The notes under the pieces were generated by a model, which saw only the letters and a list, made by a program, of their open reading frames with translations, was not told where the DNA came from and searched no databases. 64,000 nt of DNA, taken from contig CAWEYL010000003.1 in assembly GCA_963813335.1 (NCBI GenBank), positions 288,001-352,000 on the forward strand, written 5' to 3'. Positions 33,778 through 43,844 of the stretch are shown piece after piece (the stretch's first letter is position 1; each line of letters starts with the position of its first letter). A program made the position numbers and the translations under genes. The stretch comes from an uncultured Chloroflexia bacterium. Its GTDB lineage: Bacteria; Chloroflexota; Limnocylindria; Limnocylindrales; CSP1-4.

Positions 33778-34830
33778 ATGGCAGCGACACCCGAGTCCGG
33801 TTTCCTGGTCATCGCCGACCTGACGGGCTACACCGCGTACTTGGCGGGCAGTGAGATCGAGCATGCCCCGGCGATCGCCGGCGACCTCCTCGAGACGATC
33901 GTCGGCCGCCTGGAGCCCCCGTTCCGGCTGGCCAAGTTCGAGGGCGATGCCGCGTTCCTGTTCGTCGAGGACGGCCGGGCGGACGGCTCGCTGCTGCTCG
34001 ACGCGATCGAGGCCTCCTACCTCGCCTTCCGGCGCCGGCTGCGCAGCATCGACCAGGCGACGACCTGCGACTGCAACTCGTGCCGGCTGGCCCCGAAGCT
34101 CGACCTCAAGGTGTTCCTCCACCACGGCGCCTTCGTCTGGAGCCGCATCGCCGGGCGCGACGAGCTCGCCGGGTCGGACGTGATCATCGTCCACCGGCTG
34201 TTGAAGGGCGCCGGCGCCGCGGAGGCTCGCGCCAACGGCTTCGCGCTGTTCACGGCGGCCGCGGTCGATGCGCTCGGGCTCGATCCCGCCATGGTCGATC
34301 TCCGGCCGGGCCACGAGGACATCGAGCACCTCGGGCAGGTCGACACCTTCACCCTGGACCTCGAGGCGCGCTGGCAGGCGGAAAGCGGGGCGCGACACCT
34401 CGACATCGCCGATGCCGATGCCGCCTTCGACGTGGTGGCGACGCTGGCCGCCGAGCCGTCCGTCGTCTGGGCGCACCTGACGTCGCCGGACCTGCGGACG
34501 CGCTGGGAGGGGCCGATCCGCATCGACGAGACATCGGCCGGCGGGCGCCGCGGCGTGGGCACGACCGCGCAGTGCGTGACCGGCCGGCTGGCCACGCTCG
34601 AGGAGATCGTCGACTGGCAGCCCTACGACCGCGTCGCCTGGCGGCTGACCGTGCCGGGCCTGGGACCGATCGCGGCGACGGCCGATCTGGATCCGGCCGA
34701 CAACGGGACCCGGCTCCGCATCCGCTGGGCCTACCAGGGCGAATCACCCGCGGACCCAGACGCAGTCGAACGGTTGCGCGTCGAGAAGGAAGCTGCCTAC
34801 GCGCGCCTCGCGACGGTCGTTGGCGGTTAG
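33778..34830 (+). CDS. DUF2652 (class III cyclase-like) plus SRPBCC domain protein
   Basis: IADLTGYT, KFEGDA, CDCNSC, G.DVIIVHRLLK; C-terminal VWAHLT.P..R..W and EEIVDWQP SRPBCC pattern. Confidence 0.8.
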   Translation: MAATPESGFLVIADLTGYTAYLAGSEIEHAPAIAGDLLETIVGRLEPPFRLAKFEGDAAFLFVEDGRADGSLLLDAIEASYLAFRRRLRSIDQATTCDCNSCRLAPKLDLKVFLHHGAFVWSRIAGRDELAGSDVIIVHRLLKGAGAAEARANGFALFTAAAVDALGLDPAMVDLRPGHEDIEHLGQVDTFTLDLEARWQAESGARHLDIADADAAFDVVATLAAEPSVVWAHLTSPDLRTRWEGPIRIDETSAGGRRGVGTTAQCVTGRLATLEEIVDWQPYDRVAWRLTVPGLGPIAATADLDPADNGTRLRIRWAYQGESPADPDAVERLRVEKEAAYARLATVVGG

Positions 34831-35858
34831 TGCTCGACGACCTGCTCGAGGGTCCCCGCCGCATCGATCCAGTCGCTGATCTCCGCCTCGCCAGGGACCC
34901 GCCGCACGATGCCGGGCCGGGCGGCCACGACCTCCTGGAAGGTGACCTCGAGGTTGGCCGCGTTACGCCGGGCCAGCTCGGCTGGTGAGCCGACGCCGGC
35001 GGCCACGAGCAGGTCGCTGTACTGCGGCCCGACGCCCGGGACCCGCATGAGGTCGATCTTGTCGACCCACTCGCGGATGCGCTCGCTGCTGATCCCGGTG
35101 GCCTCGGCGATGCGCTCGCGGTCGTACGGCCGGGCACCCGCCGAGAGCAGGTCGTCCGTGGTCTTGATACCCGCCGCGGCGAGCCTCTCGCCGCTGGCCG
35201 GACCGATCCCTTCGACGTCCTCGATCGGCATCCGGTCGACCGCCGGCGGCGGCTCGTCCGGTGCCGCGGCGGCCATCGGGGCGGCGGCCATCGGCGCGGC
35301 GGCGACAGGAGCCGCGACGGGCTCCTCGGCAGCCGGCTGGGCGGCGACGGCCGCTGCCGGCGCGACCATCACCGCTGCGGCGACGGGCGCGGGTGCGGGA
35401 GCGGCCACCGGTGCGGGTGCAGCCGCCGCGACGGGCGCGGCGGCGACGGCCGGTGCCGCTGCCACTGGCTCGCCCACGCCGAAGGCGGCCTTCACCTCGC
35501 TGGTGTTCAAGTACCAGAAGAGCAGGCCGGGCATGATGGCCATCGCGAAGCCGACGCCCGTCCCCGGGAGCTGGAAGAACGCGAGGACCGCCTCGAAGAG
35601 GGCGAAGCCCGTGACGATCAGCGCGAAGACCCGCGCCCACGGCTGGAGTCCCCAGAGGCCGAGGGCGACCAGGATCCAGATGAGCCCGGTGACGACCGCG
35701 AGCCACCCCCACAGCCCGACGCCGTCGAAGGCCGGGATATCGCCCAGCACGCCGAACCAGTCGAAGCCGAGGACGCGCAGGCCGAAGAAGAGGTTGCCGA
35801 AGCCGGCGAGTGCGGCGAAGAAACCCAGGACCGCGATGAGGATGGGCGGGTTCTTCAT
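34827..35858 (-). CDS. Membrane protein with Ala/Pro linker and C-terminal DUF4332 (HhH) domain
   Basis: 4 TM N-terminus; IEDVEGIGP..L.AAGI.TT.DLL, DLMRVPGVGPQYSDLL..AGV. Confidence 0.82.
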   Translation of the reverse strand: MKNPPILIAVLGFFAALAGFGNLFFGLRVLGFDWFGVLGDIPAFDGVGLWGWLAVVTGLIWILVALGLWGLQPWARVFALIVTGFALFEAVLAFFQLPGTGVGFAMAIMPGLLFWYLNTSEVKAAFGVGEPVAAAPAVAAAPVAAAAPAPVAAPAPAPVAAAVMVAPAAAVAAQPAAEEPVAAPVAAAPMAAAPMAAAAPDEPPPAVDRMPIEDVEGIGPASGERLAAAGIKTTDDLLSAGARPYDRERIAEATGISSERIREWVDKIDLMRVPGVGPQYSDLLVAAGVGSPAELARRNAANLEVTFQEVVAARPGIVRRVPGEAEISDWIDAAGTLEQVVEH

Positions 35859-36058
35859 GGGTGTGTCCCTCGAGCGCTGCCGACGCGACCGCCATGGTGG
35901 GCGAACGGGCGCCGGCTTCTGTTTCCCGCCAGTCGCGGCGGACGCCCCAATTCTAGGGACCCGGGCCCACGTCCATCCGGGCTGTCGGTACGTCTTCCGC
36001 GGACGTGCCGCATGGCCCCGGGTCCAGGCGGAGAGCGCCACGTACACTCGGTCACACG

Positions 36059-36727
36059 ATGAGAACGACAGGACGGCCAGATCGATCGAGCACCCGGCGC
36101 CCGCGAGCGACATCGTTCCGACGTGGGGGCCGCATGGCGGCGGTGGCCGGTCTGTCGCTGCTGGCCGCGTGTAGTCCAACCGCGTTGGGACCCGTGTCGC
36201 CCACCGCCGCAGGACCCAGCTTGGCAGTCTCGACGCCGCCCGCCAGTCCAAGCGCCGCGGCGAGTGTCGCTGTCGAGGCCAAGCCGGCATGGTTCGACAT
36301 CAGGATGACCGACGTCCTCACCGGCCGGACATTCGCCATCAACGACTTCTCCGGAAAGGTCGTGCTCGTGGAGGCGATGGCGGAGTGGTGTCCCACCTGC
36401 ATCCAGCAGCAGGCCGAGGTGAAGAAGCTCCATGACCAGCTGGGGTCGACCGACGACGTCGTCTCCATCAGCCTCGACATCGACGTCCACGAGGACGAGC
36501 CATCGCTGAAGGAGTACGCCACGGCACTCGGCCACGACTGGCACTACGCGGTGGCGCCCCTCGAGGTCGCCCGAGCCCTGGGCAACCTCTACAGCGCGGA
36601 GTACCTCAATCCACCGTTCTCACCGATGCTGCTCATCGATCGGCACGGCGTTGCGACGAGCCTGCCGTACGGCGTCAAGACCGTGGACTTCCTGCGCACG
36701 ACACTGGAACCGTACCTGGCTCCATGA
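36059..36727 (+). CDS. TlpA/redoxin-family thiol-disulfide lipoprotein
   Basis: LLAAC lipobox, GKVVLVE.MAEWCPTC; start uncertain (36059 or 36134). Confidence 0.85.
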   Translation: MRTTGRPDRSSTRRPRATSFRRGGRMAAVAGLSLLAACSPTALGPVSPTAAGPSLAVSTPPASPSAAASVAVEAKPAWFDIRMTDVLTGRTFAINDFSGKVVLVEAMAEWCPTCIQQQAEVKKLHDQLGSTDDVVSISLDIDVHEDEPSLKEYATALGHDWHYAVAPLEVARALGNLYSAEYLNPPFSPMLLIDRHGVATSLPYGVKTVDFLRTTLEPYLAP

Positions 36728-37401
36728 CCCAGCTGGACATCGCGATCACCTCGTTCGCGCTCGGCCTCCTGGCCATGACCAGCCCGTGTGTCCTCCCGCT
36801 CTACCCGGGCTTCCTCGCCTACCTTAGCGGCCAGACCGAGCTCACGTCGGCGCGGCGGCGGTTCCTGCTAGGCCCTGCCGTCCTCGCCGGCGTGCTCACG
36901 ATGATGATCGCGCTCGGAGCCGCGATCGCGGGCCTCGCGGTCTCGGTCGGCACGGCCCTGGCGGTCATCATCCCGCTTTCGGCGTTGCTGCTTGCCCTCC
37001 TCGGCGTGGCGCTGCTGCTGGACCACAATCCGTTCAGGAGCCTCCCTCAGGTCCGCATCCCGATCCTGCGCCGGCCACTGTTGAACGCGTACGTCTATGG
37101 CTTGCTGTACGGACCGATCGCGCTGCCCTGCTCCGGGCCCCTCGTCGTCGCGATCTTCGCCCTGTCGCTCACGGTCGGGGAAGCGCTCGACAAGCTGTGG
37201 GTCTTCGTGTGGTTCGGGATCGGGTTCGGCATGCCCCTGTTGATCCTGTCGTTCCTGTCCGGGACGTTCCAGCAGCGCCTGACGCGGGCATTCGCGCGGC
37301 ATGGCCGACGGATCAACACGATCGGCGGTCTGCTGCTGATCGGCATCGCTGTCTACAGCCTGTGGGACAACTGGCCGATGCTCGTTGCCTTCTACGCCTG
37401 A
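36724..37401 (+). CDS. ccdA: CcdA/DsbD-family transmembrane electron transporter
   Basis: SPCVLPLYPGFL and LPCSGP conserved Pro-Cys motifs; ~6 TM helices. Confidence 0.85.
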   Translation: MTQLDIAITSFALGLLAMTSPCVLPLYPGFLAYLSGQTELTSARRRFLLGPAVLAGVLTMMIALGAAIAGLAVSVGTALAVIIPLSALLLALLGVALLLDHNPFRSLPQVRIPILRRPLLNAYVYGLLYGPIALPCSGPLVVAIFALSLTVGEALDKLWVFVWFGIGFGMPLLILSFLSGTFQQRLTRAFARHGRRINTIGGLLLIGIAVYSLWDNWPMLVAFYA

Positions 37402-37468
37402 GCAGACTCCGCTGGCATCCGATCGTCACCGGGCGCCCCGAGGTCGGGGACCCGGGTAGCATCTTGGC

Positions 37469-38020
37469 GTGGTTGCTGTGGACGACGAGCCGGAAACGAC
37501 GCTGGCCGTCGACGAGTTCATCCTGCGGCCGTGGCGCCGGACGGATGCCCCAGCGTTGCTGGCCGCATGCCAGGACCCGGAGATCGCACGATGGGTCACC
37601 ATCCCGCAGCCGTACCAGCAAGCCGACGCGGACGCGTTCATCGAAAGCTCGCTCGCAGCGTGGCGGGACGGCACTGGCGCGCCGTTCGCGATCGTCGACG
37701 CCGCGACCGATCAGCTCCTCGGAGCGGCCACCCGCTTCGGGCCGGACGGGCACCAGGCGACGCTCGGCCTGTGGCTCGTCCAGGAGGCGCGTGGACGCGG
37801 GATCGGCACGCGGTCCATCCGGGCGCTGGCCGACTGGACGTTCGCCACGACAGCGGCCTTCCGCCTCGACGTCTTCATCATGGTCGGCAACGACCCATCG
37901 GAACGCATGGTCGAGCATGCCGGATTCCGGCGTGAGGGCGTCCTTCGCGCCTGGGACCTGCATCACGACGGCGTCCCGGTCGACTGCGTCGTCTACTCGC
38001 GCCTCCGCACCGACGAGTAG
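37469..38020 (+). CDS. GNAT acetyltransferase (RimJ/RimL-like)
   Basis: LRPW...DA, ARGRGIGT, N..S....E.AGF.REG.LR. Confidence 0.88.
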   Translation: MVAVDDEPETTLAVDEFILRPWRRTDAPALLAACQDPEIARWVTIPQPYQQADADAFIESSLAAWRDGTGAPFAIVDAATDQLLGAATRFGPDGHQATLGLWLVQEARGRGIGTRSIRALADWTFATTAAFRLDVFIMVGNDPSERMVEHAGFRREGVLRAWDLHHDGVPVDCVVYSRLRTDE

Positions 38021-38109
38021 GGCCGCGCGCACGACCCCCCGCGTGTCATCCTCGGACTGCACGTACATGCCGCCGGCGGAAGGTTGCCGCCCCTGAAAGG
38101 AACCCTGCC

Positions 38110-39969
38110 ATGTCCGCCGAGTCGTCCGAGTCCGTCCGCACCGCCAACCGCGACTTGCTGCAGTCCCTCCCCTTCGATGACACCCAGGACTTCGAGGACG
38201 CCGAGCGGGGCCTGATCGGGCGGCTCGATCCGTGCGTGATCCGGGCCGCGGACGGCCGCGTGGTCTGGGACAACGAGTCCTACGGTTTCCTCGAAGGAGC
38301 GGCGCCGGAGACCGTCAATCCCAGCCTCTGGCGCCAGTCCCAGCTCGTGGCGTCGGACGGCCTGTTCGAAGTGGTGCCCGGCATCTACCAGGTGCGGGGA
38401 TTCGACCTCTCGAACGTGACATTCGTGGAGGGCGGCACCGGGGTCCTGGTCATCGATCCGCTCATCAGCACGGAAACGGCGTCTGCCGCGCTGGCGTTGT
38501 ATCGCGAGCACCGCGGCGAGCGGCCGGTCGTGGGCGTCATCTACACCCACAGCCACATCGACCACTTCGGTGGGGTCAAGGGCGTGACCAGCCAGGCCGA
38601 CGTGGACGCAGGGCGCTGCGAGATCATCGCGCCCGTCGGGTTCCTGGAGCCTGCGATCGCCGAGAACGTCTACGCCGGGACGGCCATGGCTCGCCGGGCG
38701 GGCTACATGTACGGCGCGGTGCTCGAGCGGGGTCCCGACGGCCAGGTCGGCGCAGGGCTGGGTCAGACCGCCTCCGGCGGCACGGTGACGCTGATCATCC
38801 CGACGGTCAGCATCGCGACCACTGGCGAGGAGCGCGTCGTCGACGGCATCCGCATGGAGTTCCAGCTCACGCCGGGCACCGAGGCGCCCGCGGAGATGAA
38901 CGTCTTCTTCCCCGACCACGGCGCCCTGTGCATGGCGGAGAACACGACCCATACGCTGCACAACATCCTGACCATCCGTGGTGCGCTGGTCCGCGATCCA
39001 CGCATCTGGGCGCGCTACATCACGGAGGCGATCGACCGGTTCGGCGACCGGACCGACGTCGTGTTCGCGTCGCATCACTGGCCCACCTGGGGTCGTTCGC
39101 GCGCGCTTGGCTACCTGGCGCTCCAGCGCGACCTGTACGCCTACCTCCACGACCAGACGCTGCGGATGCTCAACCGGGGCATGGTCGGGTCGGAGATCGC
39201 GGAGGCGATCCAGATGCCCCCGGCGCTGGAGGCCGCATGGCACGCACGCGGCTACTACGGCTCGGTGAGCCACAACGTGAAGGCGATCTATCAACGCTAC
39301 ATGGGCTGGTACGACGGCAACCCGGCGCACCTCTGGCAGCACATCCCGACCGAGGCCGGCCGGCGCTACGTCGCGGCCATGGGGGGCGCGGACGCGGTGC
39401 TGCGCACGGCCCGAGCGGCATTCGACGAAGGGGACTTCCGCTGGGTCGCCGAGCTGGTCGACCACCTCGTCTTCGCCGAGCCTGACAACGCTGCGGCCAG
39501 GGCCCTCCAGGCCGACGCCCTGGAGCAGCTCGGGTTCGGGGCGGAGAACGGCACCTGGCGCAGTGCCTACCTGGCCGGGGCCACGGAACTGCGGCGCGGC
39601 AGCTTCGGCACGCCGACGGCGACCTCTTCCGCTGACCTGCTCGGGGCGCTCTCGCCGGACCAGGTGTTCGACGCCATCGCGATCCGGGTGGATGGACCGC
39701 GAGCATGGGATCTGGCGCTCTCGATCGGCGTGTCCCTGCCTGACACGGGCGAGAGCTATCGGCTGGACCTTCGCAACGGGGTGCTGGTGCACCACGAGGC
39801 ACCCGTCGACGATGTCGCGCTCGTGATCCGCACCTCTCGTGAGGCGCTGCCGGGGCTCCTCGTGGGCAGCACGCAGGGCATCACGCTCGAGGGCGATGCG
39901 ACCGTCCTGGGGCGACTGCTGGCCGTGCTGGAGGCACCGGACCCGGACTTCTCCATCGTCACGCCCTGA
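38110..39969 (+). CDS. Alkyl/aryl-sulfatase (SdsA/BDS1-type metallo-beta-lactamase fold)
   Basis: VNPSLWRQ, THSHIDHFGG, TPGTEAPAEM, SHHWPTW, RGYYGSVSHN, SCP2-like tail. Confidence 0.93.
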   Translation: MSAESSESVRTANRDLLQSLPFDDTQDFEDAERGLIGRLDPCVIRAADGRVVWDNESYGFLEGAAPETVNPSLWRQSQLVASDGLFEVVPGIYQVRGFDLSNVTFVEGGTGVLVIDPLISTETASAALALYREHRGERPVVGVIYTHSHIDHFGGVKGVTSQADVDAGRCEIIAPVGFLEPAIAENVYAGTAMARRAGYMYGAVLERGPDGQVGAGLGQTASGGTVTLIIPTVSIATTGEERVVDGIRMEFQLTPGTEAPAEMNVFFPDHGALCMAENTTHTLHNILTIRGALVRDPRIWARYITEAIDRFGDRTDVVFASHHWPTWGRSRALGYLALQRDLYAYLHDQTLRMLNRGMVGSEIAEAIQMPPALEAAWHARGYYGSVSHNVKAIYQRYMGWYDGNPAHLWQHIPTEAGRRYVAAMGGADAVLRTARAAFDEGDFRWVAELVDHLVFAEPDNAAARALQADALEQLGFGAENGTWRSAYLAGATELRRGSFGTPTATSSADLLGALSPDQVFDAIAIRVDGPRAWDLALSIGVSLPDTGESYRLDLRNGVLVHHEAPVDDVALVIRTSREALPGLLVGSTQGITLEGDATVLGRLLAVLEAPDPDFSIVTP

Positions 39970-39992
39970 CGCCACTGGCGTGCCGGGCCGGG

Positions 39993-40442
39993 TCAGTGAT
40001 GGATCGCGTCAAGCGTCACGCGACGCGCGTGGATGCGGCAGATGACGCGCGTCTCGAGCGCTGCCTGCTGGGCTGGGTAGATGAACCCGTAGTAACGCGG
40101 GTGTTGCGTGTACCGCCGCGTGAGCGCGTCGAGGTGCGCCTCGGCGCCATCGGTGATCAGCTCGGCCTCGCCGCGGACCTGGACGAAGCGGCCGGTGTCA
40201 TCCGGGTCGACGACGAGCAGCGAGACGCTGGGGTCCGCGAGAAGATCCCTGCCCTTTCGCCGTTCCAGCGTGGTGTTCACACGGGCGCACGTCCCGTCGT
40301 AGTCGACCCAGACGAGGCTGGACTGCGGCTGCCCATCGGGGAGCATCGTCGTGAACACGCCGACGAGAGGGCGGGCCAGGAGGTCGAGGTGGGACGCAGC
40401 GACCGGCACGTCGGCGGGTGCGACCGGGCTCGTCACCGTCAT
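39993..40442 (-). CDS. PPOX-class F420-dependent oxidoreductase
   Basis: TTMLPDGQPQSSLVW, VNTT..RRK..L..DP.VSLLV. Confidence 0.85.
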   Translation of the reverse strand: MTVTSPVAPADVPVAASHLDLLARPLVGVFTTMLPDGQPQSSLVWVDYDGTCARVNTTLERRKGRDLLADPSVSLLVVDPDDTGRFVQVRGEAELITDGAEAHLDALTRRYTQHPRYYGFIYPAQQAALETRVICRIHARRVTLDAIHH

Positions 40443-40936
40443 GACGTGCCGCCCTCGCCCCGCGCATCGAACGCCACGACGTGGGTCGGTCGGATCCGGC
40501 ACAGGACGGGGATCTCGGTCTCGGCAAGGACGGCCGGCACGCATTCGCCGAAATAGCGCATCGGCCGACCGGCGTATTTGGACGTGAGCGCGTCGAGGTG
40601 GGCCCCGGCCGCGACCTCGGTCATCTCCGAGACCATGCCGCGCACCTCCAGATACCGTCCGTCGTCGCGGGGGTCGTAGCAGAGGAGCGTCACGCGAGGG
40701 TTGCGTCGCATGTTCCGCTCCTTCTGGAACCCGGCCATCGTGTTCACCCGGACATGTTCGTCATCGAAGTCGCACCAGACGACCGACGTCTGCGGCGAGC
40801 CGTCGGGCATCACGGTCGTGAGCGCGGCCACGGGTGGGCACTCGACCAGGTCCAGGTGCGAATCGGGGATCCGGCGCCGGTCGCCGGGGATGACGCCGAT
40901 CACCGGCGGCCGGATCGAAGGTGGCGACGCGGACAT
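40439..40936 (-). CDS. PPOX-class F420-dependent oxidoreductase
   Basis: TTVMPDGSPQTSVVW, QKERNMRRNPRVTL, YLEVRG. Confidence 0.85.
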   Translation of the reverse strand: MSASPPSIRPPVIGVIPGDRRRIPDSHLDLVECPPVAALTTVMPDGSPQTSVVWCDFDDEHVRVNTMAGFQKERNMRRNPRVTLLCYDPRDDGRYLEVRGMVSEMTEVAAGAHLDALTSKYAGRPMRYFGECVPAVLAETEIPVLCRIRPTHVVAFDARGEGGTS

Positions 40937-41005
40937 GCCGACGACGCTAGCGACGGCGCACGCCGACGGCGAGAGCCGGACGGACCGTTGCCGGCAGGCA
41001 GAGGG

Positions 41006-41281
41006 TCAGCCGATGACGTGCGTCTCCGGGTGCCGCTCGAGGTACGCGCGCACGTACGGACAGGAAGGGATGACGCGGAGCCCGCGCCGCCGTGCGTCGT
41101 CGAGCGCGAAGCGGACGAGTCGATCACCGACGCCTTGCCCTCGATGGGTTGGCAGCACTTCGGTGTGGACGAGCGCGATCCGGCCGCGCTTCACGATGTA
41201 GTCGAGGTAGCCCGCGACGGTGCCGTCGTCACGCGCCTCGTACCGCTGCGCGTCTTCGGCATCCACGATCGTCAGTCCCAT
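41006..41281 (-). CDS. Small GNAT acetyltransferase (YjdJ/Acetyltransf_CG-like)
   Basis: HTEV...RGQGVG..L, VIPSCPYV..Y...HPE. Confidence 0.88.
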   Translation of the reverse strand: MGLTIVDAEDAQRYEARDDGTVAGYLDYIVKRGRIALVHTEVLPTHRGQGVGDRLVRFALDDARRRGLRVIPSCPYVRAYLERHPETHVIG

Positions 41282-41486
41282 GGCGACCGATGGTACGGCG
41301 CCGTGGCTCGGCGGGCCCGGCCATCGACGACCACCCATTCACCCGGGGTGGATCGACGTCGGGATGATGGCTGCCGATCCCTCCTGACGCACGATGCGAT
41401 CTGGCCGTTCTGTCGGTCTGCGACGCAACTAGGCTTGCAGGTGATTCGACGAAGAGCCGGTTACCGCCGGCGTTGGGAGTGATGCG

Positions 41487-43844
41487 ATGAGTGCGCCGTT
41501 CCAGGGCAAGATCAGCGTCGACATTCGCGACTCGGTCCCCGACTGGGCGCCCTTCCAGCCGCCCAAGGCGCCGGACGGTGCACCGAGCGTCGTGTACATC
41601 GTCCTGGACGACGTGGGCTTCTCCGCGATGAGCTCGTACGGCGGTCCGATCGAGACCCCGAACATCGATCGCATCGCGACGCAAGGCGTTCGCTACACCC
41701 AGTGGCACACGACGGCACTGTGCTCCCCGACACGATCCTGCCTGCTCACTGGCCGCAACCACACCCGCAACAGCATGGCCTGCATCACCGAAGCGGCCGG
41801 AGGGTACCCGAATGCCAGCGGCACGATCCCGCCCGAGAACGGGATGCTGCCGGAGATCCTGGGCGAGCTGGGCTGGAACACCTACATGGTCGGCAAGTGG
41901 CATCTCTGCCCGACCGTGGAGATGAACCTCGCTTCGACCCGCCGCAACTGGCCGAGCGGCCGCGGGTTCGAGCGCTGGTACGGGTTCCTCGGCGCCGAGA
42001 CGAACCAGTGGTTCCCGGACCTCGTCTACGACAACCACCCGGTGGACCCGCCGAAGACGCCCGACGAGGGCTACCACTTCGGCGTCGACATCACGGACAA
42101 GGCGCTCGAGTTCATCCGTGACGCCAAGGCCATCGCGCCAGACAAGCCGTTCTTCCTGTATTACGCGCCCGGTGCGGCGCATGCGCCACACCACGCCCCG
42201 AAGGACTGGATCGATCGGTTCAAGGGTCGCTTCGACATGGGCTACGAGGCGATGCGCGAGCAGACCCTCGCCCGCCAGAAGGCGTTGGGCCTCGTGCCGG
42301 CGGACACGGAGCTTCCGCCCCTCAACCCGATCGGCACGGCGCAGACCCGCAGCGGGCCAGACGGCAAGCCGTTCCCGCCGCTCGAGTACACGAAGCCCTG
42401 GGACACGCTCTCCGACGACGAGAAGCGCCTCTTCGCGCGGATGGCGGAGGTTTATGCGGGCTTCCTCGCGCACGCCGATCACCAGATCGGCCGTCTCCTC
42501 GACTACCTCGAGGAGACGGGCCAGCGCGAGAACACGCTGGTCATCCTCGTGTCCGACAACGGCGCGAGCGGCGAGGGCGGCCCGGACGGATCGGTCAACG
42601 AGAGCCTCCTGTTCAACGGCATCCCTGACAACCTCCAGGCCAATCTGGCCAAGCTCGACGAGCTTGGCGGCCCGACGACCTACAACCACTACACGAACGG
42701 GTGGGCGATGGCCTTCAACACGCCGTTCAAGATGTGGAAGCGGTACGAGTTCAATGGGGGCACGTCCGACCCGTGCATCATCAGCTGGCCGGGCAACGAG
42801 GCCGCCGCCGGCCAGATCCGGGAGCAATACCACCATGCGGTGGACCTGGTCCCGACGATCCTCGACCTGCTCGGCGTCGAGCCGCCGGCGAAGATCAAGG
42901 GCCACGTGCAGAGTTACTTCGATGGCGTGAGCATGCGCGCCAGCCTCGCCGACGCATCCGCCCCGTCCCCCCGGCACACGCAGTTCTACTCGATGCTCGG
43001 CTCGCGCGCGATCTGGCACGAGGGATGGAAGGCCGTCACGACCCATCCGACCATCAGCGGCTGGAGCCACTTCGAGAGCGACACCTGGGAGCTCTACCAC
43101 ACGGACGTGGACCGCTCCGAGATCCACGACCTCGCGGCCGAGATGCCCGAGAAGCTCCAGGAGATGGTCAACCTGTGGTACGCCGAGGCCGGCCGGAACG
43201 ACGGCTTCCCGCTGGACGATCGGTCGCCGCTCGAGATCATGTTGACCCCGCGACCGCAGCTGGCCAGCCCGCGGAACCGCTACGTCTACTACCCGGACAC
43301 CGCCGAGATCCCCGAGGCCCAGTCGGTCAATGTCCGCAACCGCTCATTCACGATCGGGGCGCTCGTTGACATCCCGGGACCGGGAGCAAACGGCGTGCTC
43401 TTCGCCCAGGGCGCGCGCTTCGGAGGGCACGCCCTGTACGTCAAGGAGAACCGGCTCCACTACGTCAACAGCTTCGTCGGGATGTTCGAGCAGAAGATCG
43501 TCGCGACAGAAGACCTGCCGACCGGCGAGAACCTCATCCTCGCGGCGTCGTTCGACAAGGACGGCGAGGACCCGCCCCACGTCTCGACCGGGATCCTGTC
43601 CCTCTACCACGGCGACAAGAAGGTGGGCGAGGGACGCATCAAGACCCAGCCGGGCATGTTCAGCGTCGCGGGTGAGGGCCTGTGTGTCGGACGTGACAGC
43701 AGCGATCCGGTGACCACCGACTATCCCGGCGAAGCGCCATATCGCTTCACGGGCGGGGTGATCCATCGGGTCGCGGTCGATGTGAGCGGCGAACCGTTCG
43801 TCGACATGGAGCGAGAGGCCGTCGCGATGTTGGCGCGTGAGTGA
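41487..43844 (+). CDS. Arylsulfatase (formylglycine-dependent)
   Basis: LDDVGF, ALCSPTRSCLLTGRNH (CxPxR), GKWH, HAPHH, SDNG. Confidence 0.95.
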   Translation: MSAPFQGKISVDIRDSVPDWAPFQPPKAPDGAPSVVYIVLDDVGFSAMSSYGGPIETPNIDRIATQGVRYTQWHTTALCSPTRSCLLTGRNHTRNSMACITEAAGGYPNASGTIPPENGMLPEILGELGWNTYMVGKWHLCPTVEMNLASTRRNWPSGRGFERWYGFLGAETNQWFPDLVYDNHPVDPPKTPDEGYHFGVDITDKALEFIRDAKAIAPDKPFFLYYAPGAAHAPHHAPKDWIDRFKGRFDMGYEAMREQTLARQKALGLVPADTELPPLNPIGTAQTRSGPDGKPFPPLEYTKPWDTLSDDEKRLFARMAEVYAGFLAHADHQIGRLLDYLEETGQRENTLVILVSDNGASGEGGPDGSVNESLLFNGIPDNLQANLAKLDELGGPTTYNHYTNGWAMAFNTPFKMWKRYEFNGGTSDPCIISWPGNEAAAGQIREQYHHAVDLVPTILDLLGVEPPAKIKGHVQSYFDGVSMRASLADASAPSPRHTQFYSMLGSRAIWHEGWKAVTTHPTISGWSHFESDTWELYHTDVDRSEIHDLAAEMPEKLQEMVNLWYAEAGRNDGFPLDDRSPLEIMLTPRPQLASPRNRYVYYPDTAEIPEAQSVNVRNRSFTIGALVDIPGPGANGVLFAQGARFGGHALYVKENRLHYVNSFVGMFEQKIVATEDLPTGENLILAASFDKDGEDPPHVSTGILSLYHGDKKVGEGRIKTQPGMFSVAGEGLCVGRDSSDPVTTDYPGEAPYRFTGGVIHRVAVDVSGEPFVDMEREAVAMLARE

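Noticed and set aside
36059-37401. Selenocysteine recoding in redox genes
   Set aside because: The catalytic positions are ordinary Cys codons and no in-frame TGA at a Cys position was seen.
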